Source: a virus
Taxonomy: Duplodnaviria > Caudoviricetes
Virus record (IMG/VR): IMGVR_UViG_3300017747_002445
Coordinates: 1-43,371 of that record
Direction: 5' to 3' (one strand)
Length of the DNA stretch: 43,371 nucleotides
The notes below the pieces were generated by a model, which was given only the letters and a program-made list of their open reading frames with translations, made no database searches and had not been told where the DNA came from. The translations under genes were made by a program, and so were the position numbers. Shown here piece after piece: positions 19,533 through 29,324 of the stretch (position 1 is the stretch's first letter; each line of letters begins with the position of its first letter).

Positions 19533-20171
19533 ATGCCATTAGGACCATTAGGATTAGGATTGATTACAGGCGGTATAGGTGTTGGCCTTTCTGCTGTAGA
19601 TATCATTCGTGGTAATCGAATGAGAAAACGTGCTGAAGAAAATCTTCGCAATTTGAAGCGCCCAATGATGACTGTTCCTGAAGCTCAGGCGCAGCAAGTT
19701 GCGCTGGCTAAAATGGGAGCCATGCAGGATATGCCGGGGTATAACTTGGCTATGCAGCAACAGCAATTGGGAATGCAACAATCGCTTGGAAATGCGTCAA
19801 GGGCCGCAACTTCTTCACAGGACTTGCTTTCAGTCGCTACGGGAGGCATGGCTGGCCAGCAGGATGCTCTTGCTCAATTAGCGATTCAAAACGCCCAGTT
19901 TAAACAAGAGGGTATGCAAAACTACCAAACAGCTCTTAGCGGGCTGGCTCAGACACAACAAACTATGTTTGATGTCAATCAGATGCAGCCATATGCGCTG
20001 AAATATCAGACATATTCGAACAACATTCAGCAAGGCAGGGATTTGGTAAATTCCGGAATGCAAGGTTTGGGGTCGTCAGTAGGTTCCGCAATGCCTTTTG
20101 TAGCATCAGGCGCAGGCGCTCAGGGTTGGTTGAACTTTAAAAATTTTGGTTTCGGAGGCGGAACCGTATGA
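19533..20171 (+). CDS. Small ejection / pilot-type internal virion protein
   Basis: Gly-rich hydrophobic termini with a Q/M/A-rich core, first gene after the nozzle. Start moved to ATG 19533. Confidence 0.65.
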   Translation: MPLGPLGLGLITGGIGVGLSAVDIIRGNRMRKRAEENLRNLKRPMMTVPEAQAQQVALAKMGAMQDMPGYNLAMQQQQLGMQQSLGNASRAATSSQDLLSVATGGMAGQQDALAQLAIQNAQFKQEGMQNYQTALSGLAQTQQTMFDVNQMQPYALKYQTYSNNIQQGRDLVNSGMQGLGSSVGSAMPFVASGAGAQGWLNFKNFGFGGGTV

Positions 20172-20175
20172 TAAA

Positions 20176-21396
20176 ATGGAAGAAAACGTAAACGACTTTA
20201 CTCAGTCACCTATTCCCGAATTCGGGTCTAGTATGCAGCCTGTCGTTCAGGGTGTACTGTCTGGTCTTTCTACCATAGGCGCAGGAGTGGCTAATGCGGC
20301 TCAAAAAGAGGAACAAAGAAAAAGAGAGCTTCGTCAAAGACTCGAAACAAGCCCCGATGTGTATGATTTGGAGCAGAGTTATATAGACACTGCTGTTAAA
20401 GATTTAAATGATACCATTACAAAAAGAATTGCAGACAATACTTTTGATATGACCAAGTCTTTGGAAGAAGATTTGGAGCTTAGACAGAAAAGTCAATCTA
20501 TTCAAAATTCGGCTAAGATATCTCAGGCAAATCAAGCATACTACGAGAAAAAAAAAGCTGAATATCTAGAGAGTCCTGAAAAATGGGTTGCCGCTGATTT
20601 TGATGCATGGGAAAAGGAATACACAGATCCTACACTTACAATTGAAGAGCGTCAGAAGTTAAGAATAGGCAAGGATCCATTGACTGAAAAGGAAGATGTA
20701 TACGACCTTGTTCAAAGACCTATATTCCCTGGATTTAGCGAGGAAAGAGACGAGAAGGGTGATTACGTTAAGTATGTAGATGAAGAAAACCACGCAGCCA
20801 GTATAGAGCGTTATATCCAGTCTGGCAAAGGAGCCAAACTGTACGATCAATACAAGGAGGGGAATGAGACAAAGGCTGATTTCGCTAAGAGAATGGCGGA
20901 TGATTTCCAAGAGAACTATTGGCCAGACATTACTAAGCACCATATTCCTCGCGCACGCAGACAGGGTGGGGAGACAAAAACAACCCAATGGGTTCCAACT
21001 CCAGCCAGAGAAGATCAGTATGGAGGAGATCCTAGTAGATATAACGCGGTTACATTTAAGCCTGGAAGATCTGCTGTTACTTTGAAGGATGATGATGGAA
21101 AGATTTGGACAGTTAAATCTATGTATGCCCACTACGATTCCGCAACTAACGCTTATGTGTTAAAGGCTGAAGTAAAAGATACGGAGCTTGAGGCTGTTGA
21201 GACAAGGATGTTCAAGTTGAGTCCAAATCCGGGAGAATTAGGAAACGTAAACTATCAAGCAATTCAAGGCGTTCTTCCTCCAGGAGTTAGTTTGAAAGAT
21301 TTGTTCAATAAGCCAATAAATTCACCAGCTCCAAAGGGTAAAACCCCAGCCGCCAAGACTACTGGCGGATTCCCTTCACAAGCACCTAATGATTAA
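20176..21396 (+). CDS. Internal virion / ejection protein (putative)
   Basis: 406 aa from ATG 20176. Amphipathic N-terminal segment, charged helical body, no Cys. Confidence 0.55.
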   Translation: MEENVNDFTQSPIPEFGSSMQPVVQGVLSGLSTIGAGVANAAQKEEQRKRELRQRLETSPDVYDLEQSYIDTAVKDLNDTITKRIADNTFDMTKSLEEDLELRQKSQSIQNSAKISQANQAYYEKKKAEYLESPEKWVAADFDAWEKEYTDPTLTIEERQKLRIGKDPLTEKEDVYDLVQRPIFPGFSEERDEKGDYVKYVDEENHAASIERYIQSGKGAKLYDQYKEGNETKADFAKRMADDFQENYWPDITKHHIPRARRQGGETKTTQWVPTPAREDQYGGDPSRYNAVTFKPGRSAVTLKDDDGKIWTVKSMYAHYDSATNAYVLKAEVKDTELEAVETRMFKLSPNPGELGNVNYQAIQGVLPPGVSLKDLFNKPINSPAPKGKTPAAKTTGGFPSQAPND

Positions 21397-21398
21397 AT

Positions 21399-24300
21399 AT
21401 GCCAAAAGGAACACCATACTCTAATAAACTGCATGGCATCTTGAAGGAAGCCTATGGAGAATCATTTGTTTTGACTGAAGACCAGTTCTTTGATAAGATC
21501 ACAAATGATCCTGCGTATCAGGAAAAGATATACGGTATCTTCAAGGATGTTTATAAGGATGATTTCATTCTTAACCCCAAGCAGTTTTATGATAAGTTAA
21601 AAAAAAAAGAGTCTGGTACAGAAAATTTGCAAGTGCCTGCACAGCTGGGTGGAAAAGCTTTTACGCTGAGTACAGAGGAGGTTGAGCCTCCCAAGAAAAA
21701 GCCTTATCAAGACATTTCTTATAAAAAGGAAGCGCTGCAAACAGATGCGGTTTCTAACCTGGTTCCCAATAAGATACAGCAAACCGTAAAGGCCACAGGC
21801 AAGGTTGCTGCTGTAACTAATCCTCGCGTCATTCAAGATAAGGCTACAGAGGCTGTTTTCGATATAGTCACAAAGTCTGACCCTGTTCAAAAAAGTCTTT
21901 TTGATTACGAGGTTCAGTCAGGAGAATACGAGAGACTCAACAAGTTGAATGGGGCTTCGGAAAGGGAAGTTATTGATAATATTCGAAGATATGACCCAGA
22001 CCTATGGAAAGAGCTTTCTCAAGGCATTACTGACAACATGGTTGGTAGCGGTGGTCTTGGTGAAAATCTTAGCATTAATGATTTTCGTACAGCGTCTAAA
22101 GCTGTATATGAGAGATACAAAGCTTTGTTGGAATCAACGAAAGATAAACTTTCGGACTCCACCAATAAAGCAAACGTCCAGATAGACGAAATTGTTAAAT
22201 CCAGCATTAATGAAAACAATTTCAAGGACTATATCAAGTCTGCTGTTAAGGTAAACCAAGAGGTTGCGACAATAGACGGCAGGAGCGTTAGCGCTCCCAA
22301 GACCTTAGATATAGGCGAGTATACTGTTGATATCGATAAGATAGACGACCTTGCTACAGAAATTGTTAAATCGTATGACTTCGTTGACGACGGGGGCAAG
22401 GCTTGGCAAAACATTTTCAACAAATTAAAGATTGAGGCAGAGCATTACATCATCGATGAAAAGGCTAATGCAAAACTCCAGAAAGACGAGCCAGAGCTTT
22501 ACGCTAAGTGGAATCAGTTAAGAGAGGAATCCGCAAAGATTTCAGGCATGACCCCAGAGCAGTTTGCTGACTACTGGAAGGATGACGACATGATTGCTGC
22601 TCGCTATGAGAATCTCGCAAAGAGTCTTGGCGATCAATACATAAAGGACGCTCAGATGGAGGTGGCTGCTTTCATGAGTGATTACACCTACAATAGCGAC
22701 AAACTAAAAGCTGAGTACGATAATAAGAAAAACGATGTAAGCGCCAAGGCGGACAAGCTCGCTGAGATGTACAGACTTGGCAACATCGATCAACTCACGT
22801 ATACCGCCGCAATAGATCAGCTCGACATAGAGATGGCCGAGGCGTATGATAAGTACGAGAAGGCATTTCAGGGTTTAGAGCCATATATCAAGTCAGCCAA
22901 CGAAGTCTACTCAAGGTACAACAGCAAAATTAGAATGGAGTTGGAGATGTTGCAGGAGAAGGCTGACAAAGAAATGTCCCAGGCTCTTGATCAATATTTA
23001 CTATCATTCGAAGATCCTCAGTTGATTGCGGACATCAAGAGTAAGTACAACACAGCTTACAAAGAGGCGGCGTTCGAAAGGAAGGAAGCGATTGGTGATT
23101 CCGTTTATAATTATTCAGGGCCTTTGGGTACGTTCTTGCGTTCAACCAAGGGAGCCTTGGGCGGCGTAATAGGCGGTTATGGTGGTTATTTCAATAGCAA
23201 GCTTTTGAAGGTTCTTGGCGAAACAGTTGCCTCGGATAATATAATGCCGGAAGCACGGTCCAAAGAGTTTTCTGACTTGCTTGATATGCAGAACTTCACC
23301 AACCTCAGTGGTCAACTAGCAGGTTCTATGGCGCCAGGAATGGTTGCTACGGGTATTGTAACTGCCGCTACAGGGGCAGCAGGAGCGCCAGCAGCTGTTC
23401 AACTTGTCGTGGGTGGATTTACCGGTTGGTTGACCGAGTCTATGGATATAGCTGGCCGAGCATACAATGATATGTTTGAGAAGACTGGCGGTGATGTTCA
23501 AAAGGCTTCGGAGGCGTTTAGGGCTTCATTCAATTCGCAATACGACTTGATGGGACTCTATGCGTTTGACGCATTGCCGTTTGTTGGTGATGCTTTGTCA
23601 AAGATTGCCAGCAAAGCCAAGCGTGTTGCAGTAGGGGCGGGAGCGGAATACGTAACGGAAGGAGCGCAGGAATTCCATCAAAACATAGCAGAAGAAAATA
23701 TCTCAGAGGGCAGAGATGCGTGGGAAGGATACGGCAAAAAGCTTTTTGACCCCAACCGTCACAAGGAGAACGCAATTATGCTTGCTCCAACGCTCATTAT
23801 GGGTGGTATTGGTCAGCTTAGGTCAAAAGGCCCTACAGAGACGGCTGCTGCTGCGTATGATGCGATAGAACAAAAGACCAAGCTCAACCCCGCGTTCAAG
23901 GATCAGGAGCGTCAATATATTCAGAACCTTGTATTCGAAAAAAACACGGATTTTGCTAAGGGCGTAATCTCATCTTTGTTTGCGTCAGGCAAAATCAACG
24001 AAGAGAAGGCAACCGATATGATTATCGAAGTTGAGAGAGCGCAGCGTATAAAAGATAGTTCTGATGCGGCAAAACTCAAGGGAGATCAGCGACTTGTTTA
24101 TTCGTTCTTTACTGCTCGCGCAGAGGATGCAAGTAGAAACGCTCGCATCTTCCACGAAGACCCCATCATGTCAAAGGTATTCGAGCAACAGGCTAAGGAT
24201 TACCAACAGGCGGGTATCGACTTCCTCAACGGCAAGAAGCCAGAGTTGTATTCAATAACCTACGCTGACGGAAGTCAGAATCTCATGACTCAGTCTGATA

Positions 24301-27300
24301 TGGCTGACATCATGGACAATGAAGAAGCTCTTGACGTTATCAGCAGTGGCAATATCCAAATCTCTTCTTACGGAAGCCAGACTGGATCAAACTCACTCGA
24401 CTTATTGCGTGAGAAGGTTGCCACTTACCAAGAGAATAAGAAGGTAACTGAAGAGAAGAAGGTATCCGGCGGCAATTATAACAACACGATTGATGTGCTT
24501 GAGGCCATCAAGAATGACCAGGATTACAAGGGCAAGATTACAGACCATCCTGCTTGGGAGACATTGACCGCAGAGGAGAAGGATCAAGTTGTTCTTTTGT
24601 CTGAGAAATTGTCGAGATACGAAAGAGAGATGAAGGCCGTTACTTCCGTTGGTGTTGAAAGCACTAGCCTGGAAGAGAAAATCAAAACGGCACAACAAGA
24701 TATTTCTAACATATTAAACCAAGAGCCAAATGATAACAAAAACATCCCAGGGGTATCAAGTGAAATCGGAGAAGGGAAAAAACCTGTCGAAGAAAAACCT
24801 GTCGAAGGCGCAGGCACAGAAACGGCTGAAGCAGGTGGAGTTCTTCAAACACAAGAAGAAATAGAGGCCAAAAAGGCTGCGGTAGAAAAAGCTCAAAAAC
24901 AATTAGATGGATTAAACTCTAGAAGAAATCCAAAGGCTAATCATCCATTTTTCAATGTTGGACAAAAGCATAATGACGGCAACAAATACATAGTAAAAAA
25001 TTCTGAAGATAATCGAACCGACACGACTAAAGACGGCGTAGAGGTCATAACTAAAATACTTTCCCCAGCCGAAGTGGATGAGAGCGGCAAAATGACTAAG
25101 GCCGCTGAGGTGGAGATAGGTATATTTGATTCGTATGAACAGGCACAGGAATATGTAAATAGCCAGTACAATAAATACAAGGCTATAGCGGATGAAAAAT
25201 TAGCTAAAGCTAAAGCAGAGCTACCCACCGTAGAAGCCCCTCAAACAGAAGCCGCCCCAGAAGTAACTACCGAAACCGCCCCTGCCGAGAAAAAGAAAAC
25301 AACCAAACCAAAGGCTGAGAAGAAAGCTGAAAAGCCAAAGAGACAACAAGTAGAGGAAAGCCTCAAAAAGCTCCGCGACCAAGGACTGCTCGTAACTGCC
25401 GACACATCACTACTGGCAAAGGCAAAGAAGCTCGTAGGCAAGAAGCCTAAGTTGGTCCCAATGTCCGATAAGGAAATTGCGGCGCAGATGAAATTGCTTG
25501 ATGCAATGGCGAAGGTGTGGAAGGGCGTTACGGGGCAAGACAACTACTACGAGGAGTTCATCAACGAAGTGAAGAAGGGCGATCTGAAGAAACTTCAGGA
25601 CATGGGTGGCGTGTTGTATCAAGAGACTGAAGAGATCCCAGAAACAGGGGCTGTAGAGGCTATTCCCGTTATGTTTAAACCTCGTGTAAGTCTTGCGATT
25701 TTTAATCTACCTCCATTTAAAGCAATGGAAGGTAAGATAATTTCCGCCCAAAACTTGAAGGACATGATTAAGACCAAGGCTAAACCACGAGGTGAAAAGC
25801 CTGTTCTTGAAGACGTTTTAAATTATCCAAAATACAGAGACGAGAAAAAGTTTTCATATGACGATTTCAAAAAAGATGTTGAAATTGCCGTAATGAACTT
25901 TGAAAGGATTTACACTCCTAAATGGAATGACTATGGAATGCCTAATCTGGGTCCTAATAGAGACATATATGGACAGGACATAAGAACCGTAGTCCTCAAT
26001 GCTCCTGTAAGTCATGGTTATATGGGACACTGGGACAACATCTATAATCCATCTTTTTTTAGTAATAGAAAATGGGTAGTCAGAGAGATTCCGAACACAC
26101 CTGGGAACTTTGTTGCTTGGGATGAAAATACTCCGGGAACAGTTAATCAAGACAACCTCATGAATTACGTGGGAACAGCTGGTTCAAGAGAAGCGGTTGA
26201 AGCGTGGATAGAGGACCAGAAAAATATGTCAACAGGAAAGGCGCCACTAAAAGTGGGTATGTTTGGCCATATTCGAACATGGTACAATGATGACACTAAG
26301 CAATTCTATGTTGCTGAACTTCAAAGTGACGCGCATCAGAAGTATAAAAAGCAAATGAAGCGTCCATTGGATGAAAAGGCTATGGCATCAACTATGGGCC
26401 GAGAGGATCTTGTAAATTACATTAAAAATACTTATTACAAAAACGTATTGGCTAAGGTTGAACCATACAGAAATGCTATGAAGGAAATCTTAGACCATAT
26501 AGGAGTAAGAGAAAACGATGGTGTTTATGAACTTTCAATAGGATATGGAGTAGATACAAGATATGTTCCGCTTATTTCAGCTGAGGCGCTAAATAATATT
26601 GCGGAAGATTCGATGAAGGCTTTTTTCGAAAATACTAATGATTATTACCTAAGACAAGACTACGGCGGTTTAGGATCAGACTCTCCTCTTCGGGATCAAT
26701 TTCAAGAACTTATTTTAGCAAACTTCATAGGCCGATATTCTAGATATGTTGAGCCTGGAAATGAATACGAGGACAAACAATATCCAAATGGAGCATTCAT
26801 ATTTTTGGGTCGTCCTAGAATATACACTGATTATGCTTTTGATTACAAATCCGTTACAACCCCCCGTATTATTGAGTTTAGAAGTGTAGAAGAAGCCACG
26901 GATTTTTATACTACGACATACGATCAAGCAAAAGAGACGATTGAAGGATTAGCATCTATTGTTAGAATAGGCACTAGGTTCGCGCAAGATGTCAAGCCGT
27001 TACAAACCTGGATCGAAGAAGAGGCTTCCGTAAAAGTAGAAATGCTAAAAAAACTTGGCAAGTTTACTTTTGAAAAACAGTTTTTGGATTTGGACAAAAA
27101 CTATATGACGCGACTTACTCGTGAAGCAATAAGATTAGCTGCTGAATCTGGAGCAGAAACAATGCGTATACCGACACCAAGAACCATATCTTACATAGAG
27201 CAATATGTTAACTATTCTAGTACTACGCCGTTGAACGCAAGGGCTAGTAATAGAAGTATACCATATGAAACTCCAGACGGGACAGATGCTGATTTGAAAC

Positions 27301-28826
27301 CAGGAGACATCATAAAAATAGAAGATGAAGAATACATTGTTTTAGAGGCAGACGCTACTGACATTAAGGTGGCTGAAAAGAGTCGAGTAAATACAATGAG
27401 TATTTATGAAGAAGCCAACGAAATGGCTTGGAATGACGTTGAAGAACTCAAGTATCAATTCCGTAGAGCTTTAGAAAGAGCTGGCAGAACATTCGACTGG
27501 AAACGAATAACACAAGAAGATATAGACGCTGTTGAGGATGATGAGTTCGACTATTACCCCAGTCTGCAAGAAACTATGCAGAATGAGATGGATAGAAGCG
27601 CACGAACTTATGATATTTTAGATGAAGATGGGGAGGTTATCGAAGCAGATGTGTCTTATATAACGTGGTCTGACTTTGATGATGAAATAGTTCAAGATTT
27701 AAGGGAGGAAAATTTAAGTAGAGGTTCGGATTTGTTTGCCAATACAGCTTATCAAGTTGCAACAAACAGTGACGATTACCTTGTTTTAGATGACTGGGGT
27801 GTTGATGAAATCGATTATAAACAACCCGATCAATATGACGAGATTGAACCCGAAGAACAGCCAGAATCAGAAACAAAAACAAAAACGCCAGATGGTATAG
27901 ATCTTTCTAGGGAAAAATATTTTGAAGAAAAATACCCCGAAATCATTGCAAAAAAACTTAGTGATGATGATTTTGAAAATGCGATGGTTGTTGTAAAAAA
28001 ATACTTTGATTACCGAAATGATTTCAAGAAACTTCGTCCAGATACCAAAGAGGTTATGGACGAGAACGGGAATGTATGGCTTGAAACGAAAATTACCCCA
28101 GAAGACTTAGATAATCCAATCATCGCGTTCCAGAAAGAAGGTGACAAGGCAAAGGCAGCCGTTGATTTCTTAGATGAGGGAAGAGCTACTGTACACATTT
28201 TCAAAGGAGCCGACATCTCGTCTCTCGCACACGAAATGACTGGTCACATAGGTCGCCGGGTTTTGGAAAGACTTGCTGGTCTGAATGCAGACTTCGCCAA
28301 GGATTACGAAGCAACTAAGAAGTGGGCTGGAGTAACAGGGGATTTGTGGAACTCTATCGCTGAAGAAAAGTTTGCACGTGGATTTGAACGATATCTTCGT
28401 TCGGGTAAGGCCCCAGACAAATCTTTGCAGTCAGTATTCAACAAGCTGCGTGAATGGTTATCGAACATCTACGAACAAATCAAGGGAGGAAGCATTGATG
28501 TAAATATCACACCTCGTATGAAGAAGGTGTTTGACAACCTGCTTGCATACAAGCCTGAACCAGCGGCGGAGACTCAGAAAACAAAGAAAGAGACGAAGAC
28601 GAAGGAGTCCAAGCCTAAGCCTAAACAGGAGATTCTTGACAAGGCAAAGAGACTCGCCGATTTGTACCGCGAGATAAAGTCAGGCAATGTATCTGTACGA
28701 CCTGAACTTAATGACCTTTTGGAACAAAACCCAAAATTGAATTACCTTTACAAAAATCTTCCAAGCATCAATTCCAAGTTGGAAAAGGATGGATTAATAA
28801 CCAAAAAAACTGACGGTTGTCCGTAA
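21399..28826 (+). CDS. Giant polyvalent-type ejected protein with membrane-like segment, GNAT-like region and zincin-like metallopeptidase
   Basis: Gly/Ala hydrophobic helices at about 23120-23820, GHIR...AELQSD (26256-26330), REAIRLAAESG (about 27120), HEMTGH (28230-28247) followed by EEKFARGFERY. Confidence 0.7.
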   Translation: MPKGTPYSNKLHGILKEAYGESFVLTEDQFFDKITNDPAYQEKIYGIFKDVYKDDFILNPKQFYDKLKKKESGTENLQVPAQLGGKAFTLSTEEVEPPKKKPYQDISYKKEALQTDAVSNLVPNKIQQTVKATGKVAAVTNPRVIQDKATEAVFDIVTKSDPVQKSLFDYEVQSGEYERLNKLNGASEREVIDNIRRYDPDLWKELSQGITDNMVGSGGLGENLSINDFRTASKAVYERYKALLESTKDKLSDSTNKANVQIDEIVKSSINENNFKDYIKSAVKVNQEVATIDGRSVSAPKTLDIGEYTVDIDKIDDLATEIVKSYDFVDDGGKAWQNIFNKLKIEAEHYIIDEKANAKLQKDEPELYAKWNQLREESAKISGMTPEQFADYWKDDDMIAARYENLAKSLGDQYIKDAQMEVAAFMSDYTYNSDKLKAEYDNKKNDVSAKADKLAEMYRLGNIDQLTYTAAIDQLDIEMAEAYDKYEKAFQGLEPYIKSANEVYSRYNSKIRMELEMLQEKADKEMSQALDQYLLSFEDPQLIADIKSKYNTAYKEAAFERKEAIGDSVYNYSGPLGTFLRSTKGALGGVIGGYGGYFNSKLLKVLGETVASDNIMPEARSKEFSDLLDMQNFTNLSGQLAGSMAPGMVATGIVTAATGAAGAPAAVQLVVGGFTGWLTESMDIAGRAYNDMFEKTGGDVQKASEAFRASFNSQYDLMGLYAFDALPFVGDALSKIASKAKRVAVGAGAEYVTEGAQEFHQNIAEENISEGRDAWEGYGKKLFDPNRHKENAIMLAPTLIMGGIGQLRSKGPTETAAAAYDAIEQKTKLNPAFKDQERQYIQNLVFEKNTDFAKGVISSLFASGKINEEKATDMIIEVERAQRIKDSSDAAKLKGDQRLVYSFFTARAEDASRNARIFHEDPIMSKVFEQQAKDYQQAGIDFLNGKKPELYSITYADGSQNLMTQSDMADIMDNEEALDVISSGNIQISSYGSQTGSNSLDLLREKVATYQENKKVTEEKKVSGGNYNNTIDVLEAIKNDQDYKGKITDHPAWETLTAEEKDQVVLLSEKLSRYEREMKAVTSVGVESTSLEEKIKTAQQDISNILNQEPNDNKNIPGVSSEIGEGKKPVEEKPVEGAGTETAEAGGVLQTQEEIEAKKAAVEKAQKQLDGLNSRRNPKANHPFFNVGQKHNDGNKYIVKNSEDNRTDTTKDGVEVITKILSPAEVDESGKMTKAAEVEIGIFDSYEQAQEYVNSQYNKYKAIADEKLAKAKAELPTVEAPQTEAAPEVTTETAPAEKKKTTKPKAEKKAEKPKRQQVEESLKKLRDQGLLVTADTSLLAKAKKLVGKKPKLVPMSDKEIAAQMKLLDAMAKVWKGVTGQDNYYEEFINEVKKGDLKKLQDMGGVLYQETEEIPETGAVEAIPVMFKPRVSLAIFNLPPFKAMEGKIISAQNLKDMIKTKAKPRGEKPVLEDVLNYPKYRDEKKFSYDDFKKDVEIAVMNFERIYTPKWNDYGMPNLGPNRDIYGQDIRTVVLNAPVSHGYMGHWDNIYNPSFFSNRKWVVREIPNTPGNFVAWDENTPGTVNQDNLMNYVGTAGSREAVEAWIEDQKNMSTGKAPLKVGMFGHIRTWYNDDTKQFYVAELQSDAHQKYKKQMKRPLDEKAMASTMGREDLVNYIKNTYYKNVLAKVEPYRNAMKEILDHIGVRENDGVYELSIGYGVDTRYVPLISAEALNNIAEDSMKAFFENTNDYYLRQDYGGLGSDSPLRDQFQELILANFIGRYSRYVEPGNEYEDKQYPNGAFIFLGRPRIYTDYAFDYKSVTTPRIIEFRSVEEATDFYTTTYDQAKETIEGLASIVRIGTRFAQDVKPLQTWIEEEASVKVEMLKKLGKFTFEKQFLDLDKNYMTRLTREAIRLAAESGAETMRIPTPRTISYIEQYVNYSSTTPLNARASNRSIPYETPDGTDADLKPGDIIKIEDEEYIVLEADATDIKVAEKSRVNTMSIYEEANEMAWNDVEELKYQFRRALERAGRTFDWKRITQEDIDAVEDDEFDYYPSLQETMQNEMDRSARTYDILDEDGEVIEADVSYITWSDFDDEIVQDLREENLSRGSDLFANTAYQVATNSDDYLVLDDWGVDEIDYKQPDQYDEIEPEEQPESETKTKTPDGIDLSREKYFEEKYPEIIAKKLSDDDFENAMVVVKKYFDYRNDFKKLRPDTKEVMDENGNVWLETKITPEDLDNPIIAFQKEGDKAKAAVDFLDEGRATVHIFKGADISSLAHEMTGHIGRRVLERLAGLNADFAKDYEATKKWAGVTGDLWNSIAEEKFARGFERYLRSGKAPDKSLQSVFNKLREWLSNIYEQIKGGSIDVNITPRMKKVFDNLLAYKPEPAAETQKTKKETKTKESKPKPKQEILDKAKRLADLYREIKSGNVSVRPELNDLLEQNPKLNYLYKNLPSINSKLEKDGLITKKTDGCP

Positions 28827-28832
28827 TAAAAT

Positions 28833-29324
28833 ATGAAACCAAATACGTTAGATCAAGCAGTAGTCAATTTGATGTTGCCTCGTCTTGAGGATGAGTTAAA
28901 CGCCTTTTATTTTTATCGAGCCGCCAGCAACTGGTGTCAAGGCGTTGGTTTCTTCAAGGCGGGTGAATTTTTCGCTAATGAGTCTAATGACGAGCTGGAA
29001 CACGCCAAGAAGATTGAGAAGTACTTGGTAGACTGGAACGTGGATCCGGCATTGCCATCAATACCAAAGCCACCCATCAAGTTCACTGGTCTGCTTGATG
29101 TTATCGAAAAGGCGTACAGAATCGAATACGAATTGTACGAAGCATACGAAGACACGTCAATGGCTCTGTTCAACATGGATCTGTGCGTGTTTGATTTTTT
29201 CCAAGAGTTCAGAACTTTGCAAAAGAATGCTGTTGCTGAGTATAGCGACAAGTTGAATATGCTTGAGGGTGTAACACCCGCTGGCAAGTTGGAAATGCTT
29301 CTGTTGGAGAAAAAATTGTTCTAA
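28833..29324 (+). CDS. Ferritin-family protein
   Basis: E21, Y28, E54, H57, E98 and Q130 match the ferroxidase-centre spacing of non-haem ferritin. Has the LPSIPKP loop. 163 aa. Confidence 0.9.
   Translation: MKPNTLDQAVVNLMLPRLEDELNAFYFYRAASNWCQGVGFFKAGEFFANESNDELEHAKKIEKYLVDWNVDPALPSIPKPPIKFTGLLDVIEKAYRIEYELYEAYEDTSMALFNMDLCVFDFFQEFRTLQKNAVAEYSDKLNMLEGVTPAGKLEMLLLEKKLF

Noticed and set aside
22320-22350. VDIDKIDD as an RNA polymerase catalytic motif
   Set aside because: Lacks DxDxD spacing and sits in a helical-looking context.
24778-24807. 15-bp tandem duplication AAAAACCTGTCGAAG x2
   Set aside because: In-frame duplication (KPVE) in a disordered linker, with no sign of further function.
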